DNA from: an uncultured delta proteobacterium
GTDB lineage: Bacteria; Myxococcota_A; Polyangia; Polyangiales; B10-G4
NCBI GenBank assembly: GCA_963727445.1
Contig: CAVSGI010000027.1
Coordinates: 160,001-224,000 of the forward strand
DNA length: 64,000 nucleotides
Direction: 5' to 3'
Position 1 is the first letter of the stretch, and each line of letters starts with the position of its first letter. The position numbers were made by a program, and so were the translations under genes. Under the pieces are notes generated by a model, which was given only the letters and a program-made list of their open reading frames with translations, had not been told where the DNA came from and ran no database searches. Below are positions 39,089-47,350 of the stretch, in pieces.

Positions 39089-39232
39089 GGAGGTCCTCCA
39101 CAAAAGTAGACGGCGGCGGGCTGGTTGTAAATCCCGCCCTGTCTCAAACGCAAGGATATTCGGGGATTGGGACGGCGGCCCTCCCCCCTCGGCCCCCCCT
39201 TTTCGGCCTGGGTTGAGGTAGCTTTGAGGGGC

Positions 39233-40864
39233 ATGGACAACACCATGATCCGCGTTCTGGTCACGGCTTTCGCCCCGGTTCCGGGGTCGAGCCCCCATGC
39301 GGCAGCGGTCATGGGCCTGGCCGCGGCCATCCGGGCCGAAATGGACATGGTCACGATCAAGACCGAGTCCCTCTCGCACATGGAGCACTACGGGGACGCC
39401 CGCCTCTACCGGGTCCCGACGGGCGTCGGCACCCCCGCCGAGCAGCGACAGGCCTTCGGCCGGGCGTGTCTGCGACAGCTCGAAGCACAGCCCTACGACG
39501 TGGTCCACGTCCGGGGCGCGATGGAGGGTCGCATCCTCGCGGAGCACAAGAAGGACTTCGGCTTTCGCTTCGTCTACGAGGTAGCGACCTTTCCAGACGA
39601 AGCGGAAGGGATCGACATCGAGAAGCGCTGGATCGACGCGCACCGGGCCTGCGCCGAGGCCGCCGATCTGATCCTCGTCCCCACCCGCGCGGCGACGCGC
39701 GGGCTGTCCGACTACGGCTACGCCGGGAAGGTGGCGGTCGTGCACCCCGGCGTCGACGTCAACGGCTACGACTGGTGGCCGGCGGCGACCGACGACACGG
39801 CGCGCCTCCTCTATCTCGGTGGCTTCGGCGCGGACCGCGACCTGTCGACGGTTCTGTCCGCCGTGAAGGAGATCGAAAAGGCGCGTCCTGTCGAGGTGCT
39901 CATCGCGGGCGAGCCGGACTTCGAGGTGAGAGAACGGCTGCGCCGCGTGGTGAAGTCCTTCGGCCTCGAGTCGATGGTGACCGTTCGCGGAGAGCCGACG
40001 CCCCTCGCCATCCCCATGGTGATCGGCGCAGCCGACATCTGTCTCGCGCCGGCCGCCGCCTCCCCCCGCTTCCAGGATCTGGGCGACCTGCCCCAACCCC
40101 TGCTCGAGTATCTGGCGTGCCGGCGACCGGTGATCGCCGCGGGTGTGCCCGGGGTCGCGGAGATCCTGCGGGACGACAAGGAGGGCCTGCTCTACCCGCC
40201 CGGCGACCACGAGGCGCTCAAGGACGCGGTGATGACGCTCCTCGACAACGAGACGCAGCGCGAGCGACTGGTGGAGAGTGCCTACGACCGTGTGCGGTGG
40301 ATGTTCTCGGATGGTGCGCGACGTCGGCGCATCGCGGAGGTCTACGAGATGCTCACGCCGGGCTCACAGCTCTACGACGCATGGGTCGAGGGCTTCCCGC
40401 GCGACGTCACCGGAAACGTGGATCTCGAAGCCCTCGCGATCCTCGAAGCGGCCGAGGAGGTGACGCGCGACGACGACAGCGCCGAGCTCGAGCTCTCACC
40501 CGAGGACCTCGAGCCCGCGGATCCCGCGACGCTCCCGCCCCAGGGCGCGTTCCGGACCCATCCCCCCGACGATTATCAACAGGTGCTCTATCGCCCCGAT
40601 CACACCGGCGAGCTCGAGCTGCCCAACACCAACCCTCGCGTTCAGACGCCGCTCCTGGGTCCAGACGACCCCTCCGAGTTCGCCGACATGGAGACGGTGG
40701 CCGACGACGAGGACGAGCTCGCCGCGGTGCCCACCACGATCGCCGCGACGCCGACCGAGGTCACCGAACGGTCGCGGCGCAAAGGGCAGAAGGAGACCAC
40801 CGACGAGCTCAATCCTCCGTCGCGTCCCGAGCCCGACACCGGCCCGGTGCGCAACCCCGAGTAG
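39233..40864 (+). CDS. Glycosyltransferase family 4 with acidic disordered C-terminal tail
   Basis: VVHPGVD and LLEYLACRRPVIAAGVPGVAEIL...GLLYPPGD motifs. Confidence 0.88.
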   Translation: MDNTMIRVLVTAFAPVPGSSPHAAAVMGLAAAIRAEMDMVTIKTESLSHMEHYGDARLYRVPTGVGTPAEQRQAFGRACLRQLEAQPYDVVHVRGAMEGRILAEHKKDFGFRFVYEVATFPDEAEGIDIEKRWIDAHRACAEAADLILVPTRAATRGLSDYGYAGKVAVVHPGVDVNGYDWWPAATDDTARLLYLGGFGADRDLSTVLSAVKEIEKARPVEVLIAGEPDFEVRERLRRVVKSFGLESMVTVRGEPTPLAIPMVIGAADICLAPAAASPRFQDLGDLPQPLLEYLACRRPVIAAGVPGVAEILRDDKEGLLYPPGDHEALKDAVMTLLDNETQRERLVESAYDRVRWMFSDGARRRRIAEVYEMLTPGSQLYDAWVEGFPRDVTGNVDLEALAILEAAEEVTRDDDSAELELSPEDLEPADPATLPPQGAFRTHPPDDYQQVLYRPDHTGELELPNTNPRVQTPLLGPDDPSEFADMETVADDEDELAAVPTTIAATPTEVTERSRRKGQKETTDELNPPSRPEPDTGPVRNPE

Positions 40865-40868
40865 AGCG

Positions 40869-42056
40869 CTACGGACAGACGGCGGCCAGCGCCGCGGTGT
40901 CGCCGTGGCAGGTCTGACAGGCGCGCGCGTTCTGCCGCAGCAGACGCCCACACTGCGCGCGGAAGCCAGCCGGGTGGGGGCTGATGCCGGCGCCAATCCC
41001 CGATACGCCGTGACAGTCGACGCAGTCCTGCTCGGCGTGACAGCTGACGCAGGTGGTCATCGAGCGCCGCGCCTCGCGCCCGTGGAGATTGGGACCGCGC
41101 ACCCAGACCGCCTGGGGAGGATGGTAGCGGGATGGCGAGCTCACGTCGGGCGCCGAGACCGAGGACACGCCCAGCCGCGCGTGGCATTGCATGCAGAAGT
41201 TCTGCGTCGAGTGGCAGGAGACGCACTGCGGGTCGTCGCGTCGCGCCATCTGTGGATGGATGGTGAGGTAGTCGTTGGGATGGACGCGGCGCGCCGGACG
41301 GATCCGGCCGTCGTGGCAGTTGGTGCAGTCGCTCTCCTGATGACAGGCCGCGCACTTCTCGCCGTTGTCGGCCCCCACCCAGCGATGCCGCACCAGGAAG
41401 TCGTTGTCGTGGTTCATGTCGAAGAGCCACGCGGGGGGATCGAGCTCGCCCTCGGGGAAGCGCGTGCGCAGGCGGCCGTCGGGGAGCGTGATGTGACAGG
41501 TCGCGCAGGCGTCCGCCGCGCTCGGCGAAGGACCCCCGTGACAGCGATGACAGCTCCGCATCGTCGGCATGTGGCGCGCGCCCGGCACGTCGCGATCCCG
41601 GTCGACGCCCTCGTGACAATCGAGGCAGCGGATGCCCTCGCGCGCGTGCAGCCGATGGCTGAAGCGGAGGCGCGGCGAGGGGCGCTGCGGGATCCGCACG
41701 GCGCGCCCCCCGCTCTGTCCGGTGCCGGTGCCGTAGCCCTCGTGACAGAAGCCGCAGCGCTCCGGCGATGGATCGTCACGCGTGATGAGGTCCTGATGAC
41801 AGCCGGCGCACGAGGCCTCGGTGGGCACGAGCAGGTCGGTGCTCGCCTCGCTGTCGGTCGCACCCTCGTGACAGCGCTCGCAGCGAAGCCGCGCATGCGC
41901 CGGGTTCGCGTGGGCAGCGCGCACGAACCCTTCGCTCGGCGGATAGACGATGGTGGAGAGCGCGATCGGCTCGGCATCGGTGCCGGAAGCGCGCGCGCCG
42001 AAGAACGCTGCCAGGGCGAGCGCGGCGGCGAGGGCGAGCTGTGGTGTGCGTCTCAT
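40869..42056 (-). CDS. Periplasmic multiheme cytochrome c (13 CxxCH)
   Basis: Signal peptide MRRTPQLALAAALALAAFFG; CERCH, CAGCH, CGFCH, CLDCH, CHRCH, CATCH, CAACH, CTNCH, CVSCH, CMQCH, CVSCH, CVDCH, CQTCH; cytochrome c7/c3-like FSHRLH motif. Confidence 0.93.
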   Translation of the reverse strand: MRRTPQLALAAALALAAFFGARASGTDAEPIALSTIVYPPSEGFVRAAHANPAHARLRCERCHEGATDSEASTDLLVPTEASCAGCHQDLITRDDPSPERCGFCHEGYGTGTGQSGGRAVRIPQRPSPRLRFSHRLHAREGIRCLDCHEGVDRDRDVPGARHMPTMRSCHRCHGGPSPSAADACATCHITLPDGRLRTRFPEGELDPPAWLFDMNHDNDFLVRHRWVGADNGEKCAACHQESDCTNCHDGRIRPARRVHPNDYLTIHPQMARRDDPQCVSCHSTQNFCMQCHARLGVSSVSAPDVSSPSRYHPPQAVWVRGPNLHGREARRSMTTCVSCHAEQDCVDCHGVSGIGAGISPHPAGFRAQCGRLLRQNARACQTCHGDTAALAAVCP

Positions 42057-43466
42057 CTCCATACGTCCACCGAAAGGTGAGCGACGAAGCGGAAGCGATG
42101 CCCCACCAGCTCGTTGTAGGAGTGCTGCAGGTCGAATCGCAACGTCGTCGGCTCGGAGAGGATGAAGAGCACACCCAGCGCGTCCGTCAGGCTCGTCCCG
42201 TTCAGACCCTGGCGAAGGGGATCGTCGAAGTGCCACATGCTGGCGCGCAAGTCGAAGCGAACCCACCACGCGAACGCGCGTGAGACGTCGAGGAGCGCCC
42301 CCGCGACCGGGCCCAGATTCCCGCCCCAGGTGAAGCCCCAAAGCCCGACGTCGAAACCGGCGACGCGAAAGAGCGAATGGCCTTCGAAGCCGATGTCGTT
42401 CTCGTCGCCGACATCCGAAATCGACGCGTGGCGCGCGCGGGCGCCCGCGCCGAGCTCGAAGTGCGGCGTGGGGGACCAGGTCGCGGACGCGAGCCCTTCG
42501 GTGATCGGCACCAGGTCGAAGTACATCCAGATCGAGCCGTAGTCGAAGCGCGGCACGTGGTGCTCGGCGCGCAGACGAAAACGCAGAGTCTCGACAGGGG
42601 TGACCGTCACCTCGGCCTCCGCGTCCCGGATGGTCTGACCGAGCAGGTCCCAGACGCCGCGCGCGGTCACGCTCACCTGCTCGAATCGGGCGCGACGTGA
42701 GCGAGACCGCCGCCGTGCGCGAGACGTCACCATTCGACTCGACGAAGTGGCGATAGCCCAGCCGAAGCGCGACCACGTCGGGATGGCCGACGTCGAGGAT
42801 CCCGCCGTAGGCCCAGGTGGTGGTCGCCGGAGCGATGTAGGGAGCGCTCCCGGTGGGGAGGCCGTCGCGCTGGCGTCGGACGATCCCCTGAGGCTCGAAC
42901 GTCCCCACGCCTGCGAGGCTCGTCTGACGCACCAACGAGCCGCCGTAAGCGCTCACGCCGAGCCAGGCGAAGGGAGCGACGTGCGCGCTCGCGCCGTCGA
43001 GACGAAACATCCCCGCCGGCCCCCAGGAGAGCTGGCGCCCGATGCGAAGCCGACTGCGCGCCGGCAGCCCACGCAACTCGACCCAGGCCTCGGGGGCGTC
43101 GACGGCCGTGTCGGTGGCGAGGGGCTGATAGGCACCGATCGCGCCCGAATCGGTGGCGCGAAAACAGAGATCGCGGTCCGTGAGGCAGGTCTGACCGAAG
43201 TCCTGGTCGAGTCGTAGCCGAAGCGAGCCGTTGATCCGCGGGGCGGGCGCTTCGCCTTCGTCCGCCTCACCCATCTGCCGGGACCAGGTGAGGGCCAGGG
43301 TCTGAAGCAGACGGCGGCGCGCCATGAACACCGCCGTGCCGGGCGAGCGCACCTCGTAGAGCTGAAAGGCGGTGTTGGAGTCGATGTGGTAGTCGTCCGC
43401 GCGCGCCACGGCGCGCGGGAGCAGCCCCGAAGCAAGGGCCGCGACGAGGACGAAGGCGCGCGCCAA
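42053..43466 (-). CDS. Predicted outer-membrane beta-barrel (porin-like); frameshift near 42685
   Basis: Signal peptide ending ARA-DDY; amphipathic strands (LRIGRQ, LDGAS); continues in ORF 42053-42733 ending FRFVAHLSVDVWR*; the stop overlaps the cytochrome ATG. Confidence 0.7.
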
Positions 43467-43467
43467 C

Positions 43468-43935
43468 TCAGGCGTCGGAAGAGCGCGGCGTTCCGAACCG
43501 TTGGGCCAGCTCGTCGTCATAGCGGTCGGCGGCAGCGCCCACGGACTTGAAGGTGGCCATGACCTCGGAGCCATCCAGGTCGACCAGGCTGCGCTCGGCC
43601 ACGACGACCACCTCGTCGTCGACGAGGGCGAAAGCAGCCCCGCGAAGCTCCCCCGCGTTGCGGGACAAGAGCCATTGGTAGAGCTCGGTCCAGTCGCTGT
43701 CGTCTGGCAGCCGGACGACCGGAGCGACCACGCGGAGCGTCCCGTCGGGGTCGTCGCCGGCGGCACCGAGGACCGTCACGACGACGTTCGCCGAGCCGCG
43801 CCGGAGCGAGTACCGATGGAGGCCCTCCCCCTGGGAGCGAACCTTCGCGACGTCGACGCCGAGGCTCTCGATGGCTTTTTCGACCAGCTCGACGGCTCTG
43901 GTCAGGTTCGCTTGTGGGTCGGCGGAGGCGCTCAT
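43468..43935 (-). CDS. YbjN/CesT-like (T3SS-chaperone fold) protein
   Basis: YSLRRGSANVVV...LRVVAPV...LYQWLLSRNA...AFAL...ERSLVDLD...ADRYDDELAQRFG. Confidence 0.8.
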   Translation of the reverse strand: MSASADPQANLTRAVELVEKAIESLGVDVAKVRSQGEGLHRYSLRRGSANVVVTVLGAAGDDPDGTLRVVAPVVRLPDDSDWTELYQWLLSRNAGELRGAAFALVDDEVVVVAERSLVDLDGSEVMATFKSVGAAADRYDDELAQRFGTPRSSDA

Positions 43936-44060
43936 CGGGCCGCTAGACTCTTTTTTGAGGTGGCGCGTGTCAATGGGAGGTTTGGTGGCTCGCGGCCGAG
44001 CTACCCCGGCTCCGGACGCTGGGCGGTTGCCCGCGGGACGGGGACGACCTATCGATGAGC

Positions 44061-44437
44061 GGTCGGTGGCGCCGGGTGATCGCCGGTGGGCTCGTCCCAC
44101 GGGAGGAAAGTCCGAGCACCAAAGGACGGAATGCCAGGTAACGCCTGGTGGGGGTGACTCCGAGGAAAGTGCAACAGAAAGGAAACCGCCCCGCTGCTTC
44201 GGTCGCGGGGTAAGGGTGAAAAGGTGAGGTAAGAGCTCACCGGGTCGGCGGCAACGTCGGCCGCGGGCAAACCCCATTCGGTGCAAGACGAAGCAGAAAG
44301 CGCTCGAGAACGGTCCGTTCGATGCTTTCGGGTATGTCGCTGGAGGCGCGTGGCGACGCGCGCCCTAGATGAATGATCGCCAACCGAGTCCCCGAGGGGC
44401 CCGGTGAACAAAACTCGGCTTATGAGCGCCACCGACC
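44061..44437 (+). ncRNA. rnpB: RNase P RNA (type A)
   Basis: GAGGAAAGTCCGAGCAC, AGTGCAACAGAAA, GGGTGAAAAGGTGAGGTAAGAGC, GGCAAACCCC, CTAGATGAATGAT and ACAAAACTCGGCTTAT; P1 stem GGTCGGTGGCGC/GCGCCACCGACC. Confidence 0.97.
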
Positions 44438-44470
44438 ACCGGGCCCCCCAAAGGGGCCCGGTGCCTTTAA
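44437..44470 (+). terminator. Hairpin/terminator after rnpB
   Basis: CACCGGGCCCC-CCAAA-GGGGCCCGGTG followed by CCTTTAA. Confidence 0.65.
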
Positions 44471-44551
44471 GGCACTGGCCCTCAGCCACGCCGGCAGGAG
44501 CGGAGCGGCCCAAAGGCCGCGACCCAGCGCCGCAAGCGCCGAGCGCTTGAT

Positions 44552-44757
44552 GGGGACGGTCTACACTTTTCAACTTTCGGCTGGGGGACCGCTTGATGGG
44601 GACGGTCTACACTTTTCAACTTTCGGCTGGGCCGCGCGAATGCGGATCGAACCCAGGCGTGCGTGGCGAAAGTTGAAAAGTGTAGACCGTCCCCGTTAGC
44701 CCCTGCGGATCGAACCCGGGCGTGCGTGGCGAAAGTTGAAAAGTGTAGACCGTCCCC
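44552..44757. repeat. REP-like cluster: four identical 28-bp units, two forward and two reverse
   Basis: GGGGACGGTCTACACTTTTCAACTTTCG at 44552 and 44598; its reverse complement at 44667 and 44730. Confidence 0.92.
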
Positions 44758-44762
44758 GTTGG

Positions 44763-45062
44763 CCGGGCAGAAGCGGAGCGGCCGCGAGGCGGCGACCCGG
44801 CGCCGTGGGCGCCAAGGGGGGGCCGAACGCTGCCCCCGGACCATCAGATCATTGCCAATGAGTATGGCGAGCCCATCTGTTCCACACCGGGCGGGCAGAG
44901 GCGAAGGGGGGGCTTGTACCCCGCCGGGGTGTGGGGAGCGAAGCGCGCATACCGCCCCCCGGCCACCGCCTCGCCAAGACCCACACGCTCAACCGCGCCG
45001 TGCGAATCGAGACGAGCTACCACCCCACCAGCCTCCACCTCGCCAAGACCCCCGCCATCACC
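44763..45062. repeat. Dispersed intergenic element, homologous to ~15960-16190 in reverse orientation
   Basis: Shared blocks GGAGCGGCCGC, GGGGGGGCCGAACGCTGCCC, CATCTGTTCCACACCGGGCGGGCAGA, GGGGGGCTTGT and CACCGCCTCGCCAAGACCC. Confidence 0.82.
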
Positions 45063-45131
45063 CTGAGCAAGCGGAGCGAAGCGCTTCCCCCATTTTCTTG
45101 CCCGCCGATCCCCGCTGGGTAGGGTCGAGCC

Positions 45132-46343
45132 GTGAAGCTCTCCCTCCTCCTCGCGACGCTCCTCTGGATGGTCGGCTGCGCCGACGAGGCCCCGAGCTCC
45201 GCCGACGCCACCGCTCGAGCGCCCGAAGTCGTCATCCCACCCGAAGGTGCCCCAGCCCCGGTCGCCCGCGACCCGGAAGACGAAGACGTCGCGCCGAGCC
45301 TCGCGCTCGCCGCCGGTCAGGAGATCCGCATTCCCGCCGGAACACTCGTCGCGGGAAGCATGCCCGGCTCCGAGGACCGTGACCCCAGCCGCGAGGCCGA
45401 CCTCGTCCCCGTCACCCTCGCCGGCTATCGCATCGACCGACTCCCCTACCCCAACGACCCGTCCCTCGCGCCCCTGACGGGCGTGAGCCGTGCCGAAGCG
45501 GCCGAGCTCTGCAGCGCGGAAGGCAAGCGCCTCTGCTCGGAGCTGGAGTGGGAGCGCGCCTGCAAGGGGGATCGCGATCGACGCTTCCCCACCGGCCCGT
45601 CCCTCGACCTCGACGCTTGCGCATCGGACCCCACCGCGTGTGCATCGCCCTTCGGCGTCCTCGCCATGGGCGTCGCTGGTTTCGAGTGGACCGCGAGCCC
45701 CGTCACCTCGGGCCTCGGCAGCGAGCGCTACTCCGCCGTCGTTCGCGGCGCGCGCGCCGACGACCCGCTCACCGAGCGCCGCTGCGCCGCGCGCCACGCC
45801 CTCGACCCCACCGAGCCGGAAGCCGGCTTCCGATGCTGTCGCGGCGCCCCCACCGACGCGGCCGTCTATCCCGTCGAGGACCGGCGTCACCCCTTCGTCG
45901 ATCGCGCCGTCCCCGAAGACGAGCTGCGGCGCATCCTCGCGTCGCTCCCGGAGCTCGCGCGCTTCGCGCCGCGCTTCTCCCTCTTCGATGCCGAAGCCGT
46001 GGACGACGCCCTCGAGCGGGGCGGAGCCAGCCGCGAGAGCGTGCCGTGGACGCTGGTCGAGGGCGTCCTCGTCTGGAGCCCGGAGCAGGGAGAAGAGGCG
46101 TGGGTCTTCGCTGGCGGCGATGGCGAGTCCACCGTGCTCGCCGTGATCCACCCTCTGCCCGACGGCTCCTTCGTTCACGGCTCGAGCTTCGTCATCGCCG
46201 GGGAGGAGGCGCCGCCGATCGCTCTCGGCTGGGATTACGGACAGCGACGCCAGGTCCTGTGGGCCGCGTCCTGGGGCGAGACCGGCGAGAGCGGCGTGGT
46301 CGAGCACCGCGACGATCACCGCATCGTGATCGTCCAGCGCTAG
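45132..46343 (+). CDS. FGE-sulfatase (SUMF1/EgtB/PvdO-family) domain lipoprotein
   Basis: Lipobox MVGC; YRIDRLPYPN, CSAEGKRLCSELEWERACKG, SPFGV, EWT, VRG and GFRCC motifs. Confidence 0.85.
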   Translation: MKLSLLLATLLWMVGCADEAPSSADATARAPEVVIPPEGAPAPVARDPEDEDVAPSLALAAGQEIRIPAGTLVAGSMPGSEDRDPSREADLVPVTLAGYRIDRLPYPNDPSLAPLTGVSRAEAAELCSAEGKRLCSELEWERACKGDRDRRFPTGPSLDLDACASDPTACASPFGVLAMGVAGFEWTASPVTSGLGSERYSAVVRGARADDPLTERRCAARHALDPTEPEAGFRCCRGAPTDAAVYPVEDRRHPFVDRAVPEDELRRILASLPELARFAPRFSLFDAEAVDDALERGGASRESVPWTLVEGVLVWSPEQGEEAWVFAGGDGESTVLAVIHPLPDGSFVHGSSFVIAGEEAPPIALGWDYGQRRQVLWAASWGETGESGVVEHRDDHRIVIVQR

Positions 46344-46444
46344 TGCCTGGTCCAATGACGTGGAAGGGGAGATGCCGACGATCGAGCGAGAACCCTTCTA
46401 CGTCATTGGACCATGCACTAGCCAGATCGAGTATCGTGTCGACA

Positions 46445-47221
46445 ATGCGCTACCTGCGGATCCGTCACGGCGGCATCGATTACTGGGCGAGCGTCGTCGA
46501 CGAGGCGACCGGACGGCTCTACACGGCCGCGCCCTACGCCGGCGGCGCAGAGACCGACCGCCTGGTCCCCCTCAAGCCCGCCTCGCTCCTGCCGCCGGTG
46601 ACGCCGACGAAGATCCTCTGCGTCGGACGGAACTACCGCGCCCACGCCGCGGAGCTGGGCAACGAGGTCCCCAAAGAGCCCCTGCTCTTCTTCAAGCCGC
46701 CCAGCGCGCTGCTCCCTCCCGGAGGGACCGTGGAGCTCCCGAGCGCGAGCGAGCGCGTGGAGCACGAAGCGGAGCTCGGCGTGGTGATCGGCAAGCGCCT
46801 CAGGGATGCGAGCGAAGACGAAGCCCGCGCCGGCATCTTCGCCCTGACCTGCGTCAACGACGTGACGGCGCGCGACCTCCAGAAGAAGGACGTGCAGTTC
46901 ACCCGCGGCAAGGGCTTCGACACCTTCTGCCCCGTCGGCCCCACGCTCACGGTCGGGCTCGACCCCGACGACCTCGCCATCTCGCTGTCGGTCGATGGGG
47001 AGCGCCGTCAGGAGGGACGCACCTCCCAGATGGTCTTCAGCGTCCCGACCCTCCTCGCCTATGCCTCCGCCATCATGACCCTCGAGCCCGGGGACCTGAT
47101 CTGCACGGGCACACCCCAGGGCGTGGGGCCGCTGGCGCCCGGCAACGAAGTCCAAATCGAGATCGAGGGCCTCGAGCCGCTTCGGCACGGGGTTCAGGCT
47201 CGCGCGGCGTCAGGATCCTGA
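46445..47221 (+). CDS. Fumarylacetoacetate hydrolase family protein
   Basis: KILCVGRNYRAHAAE, EPLLFFKP, HEAELGVVIG, NDVTARDLQ, KGFDTFCPVGP and GDLICTGTP. Confidence 0.95.
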   Translation: MRYLRIRHGGIDYWASVVDEATGRLYTAAPYAGGAETDRLVPLKPASLLPPVTPTKILCVGRNYRAHAAELGNEVPKEPLLFFKPPSALLPPGGTVELPSASERVEHEAELGVVIGKRLRDASEDEARAGIFALTCVNDVTARDLQKKDVQFTRGKGFDTFCPVGPTLTVGLDPDDLAISLSVDGERRQEGRTSQMVFSVPTLLAYASAIMTLEPGDLICTGTPQGVGPLAPGNEVQIEIEGLEPLRHGVQARAASGS

Positions 47222-47350
47222 CGACCTCGTGCGCGCTGGGTCGGCGCCACGTCGAGACGGGCAACAATTCCGAAAGATCCCGCCTTGTTCGGGGGCAAAC
47301 CGCGTGGCATGGAAGTTGTTCTCGTCGGCTCACGCCACCTCGGCCGCATC

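Noticed and set aside
40869..43766. 965-aa barrel-cytochrome fusion ORF
   Set aside because: The middle part reads as out-of-frame Arg-rich text, the barrel C-terminus lies in ORF 42053-42733, and the cytochrome has its own signal peptide; one indel near 42685 explains it.
44552..44757. Possible CRISPR array (28-bp repeats)
   Set aside because: Units are in opposite orientations, the linkers are short, unequal and partly duplicated, and no cas genes are present; better explained as REP-like.
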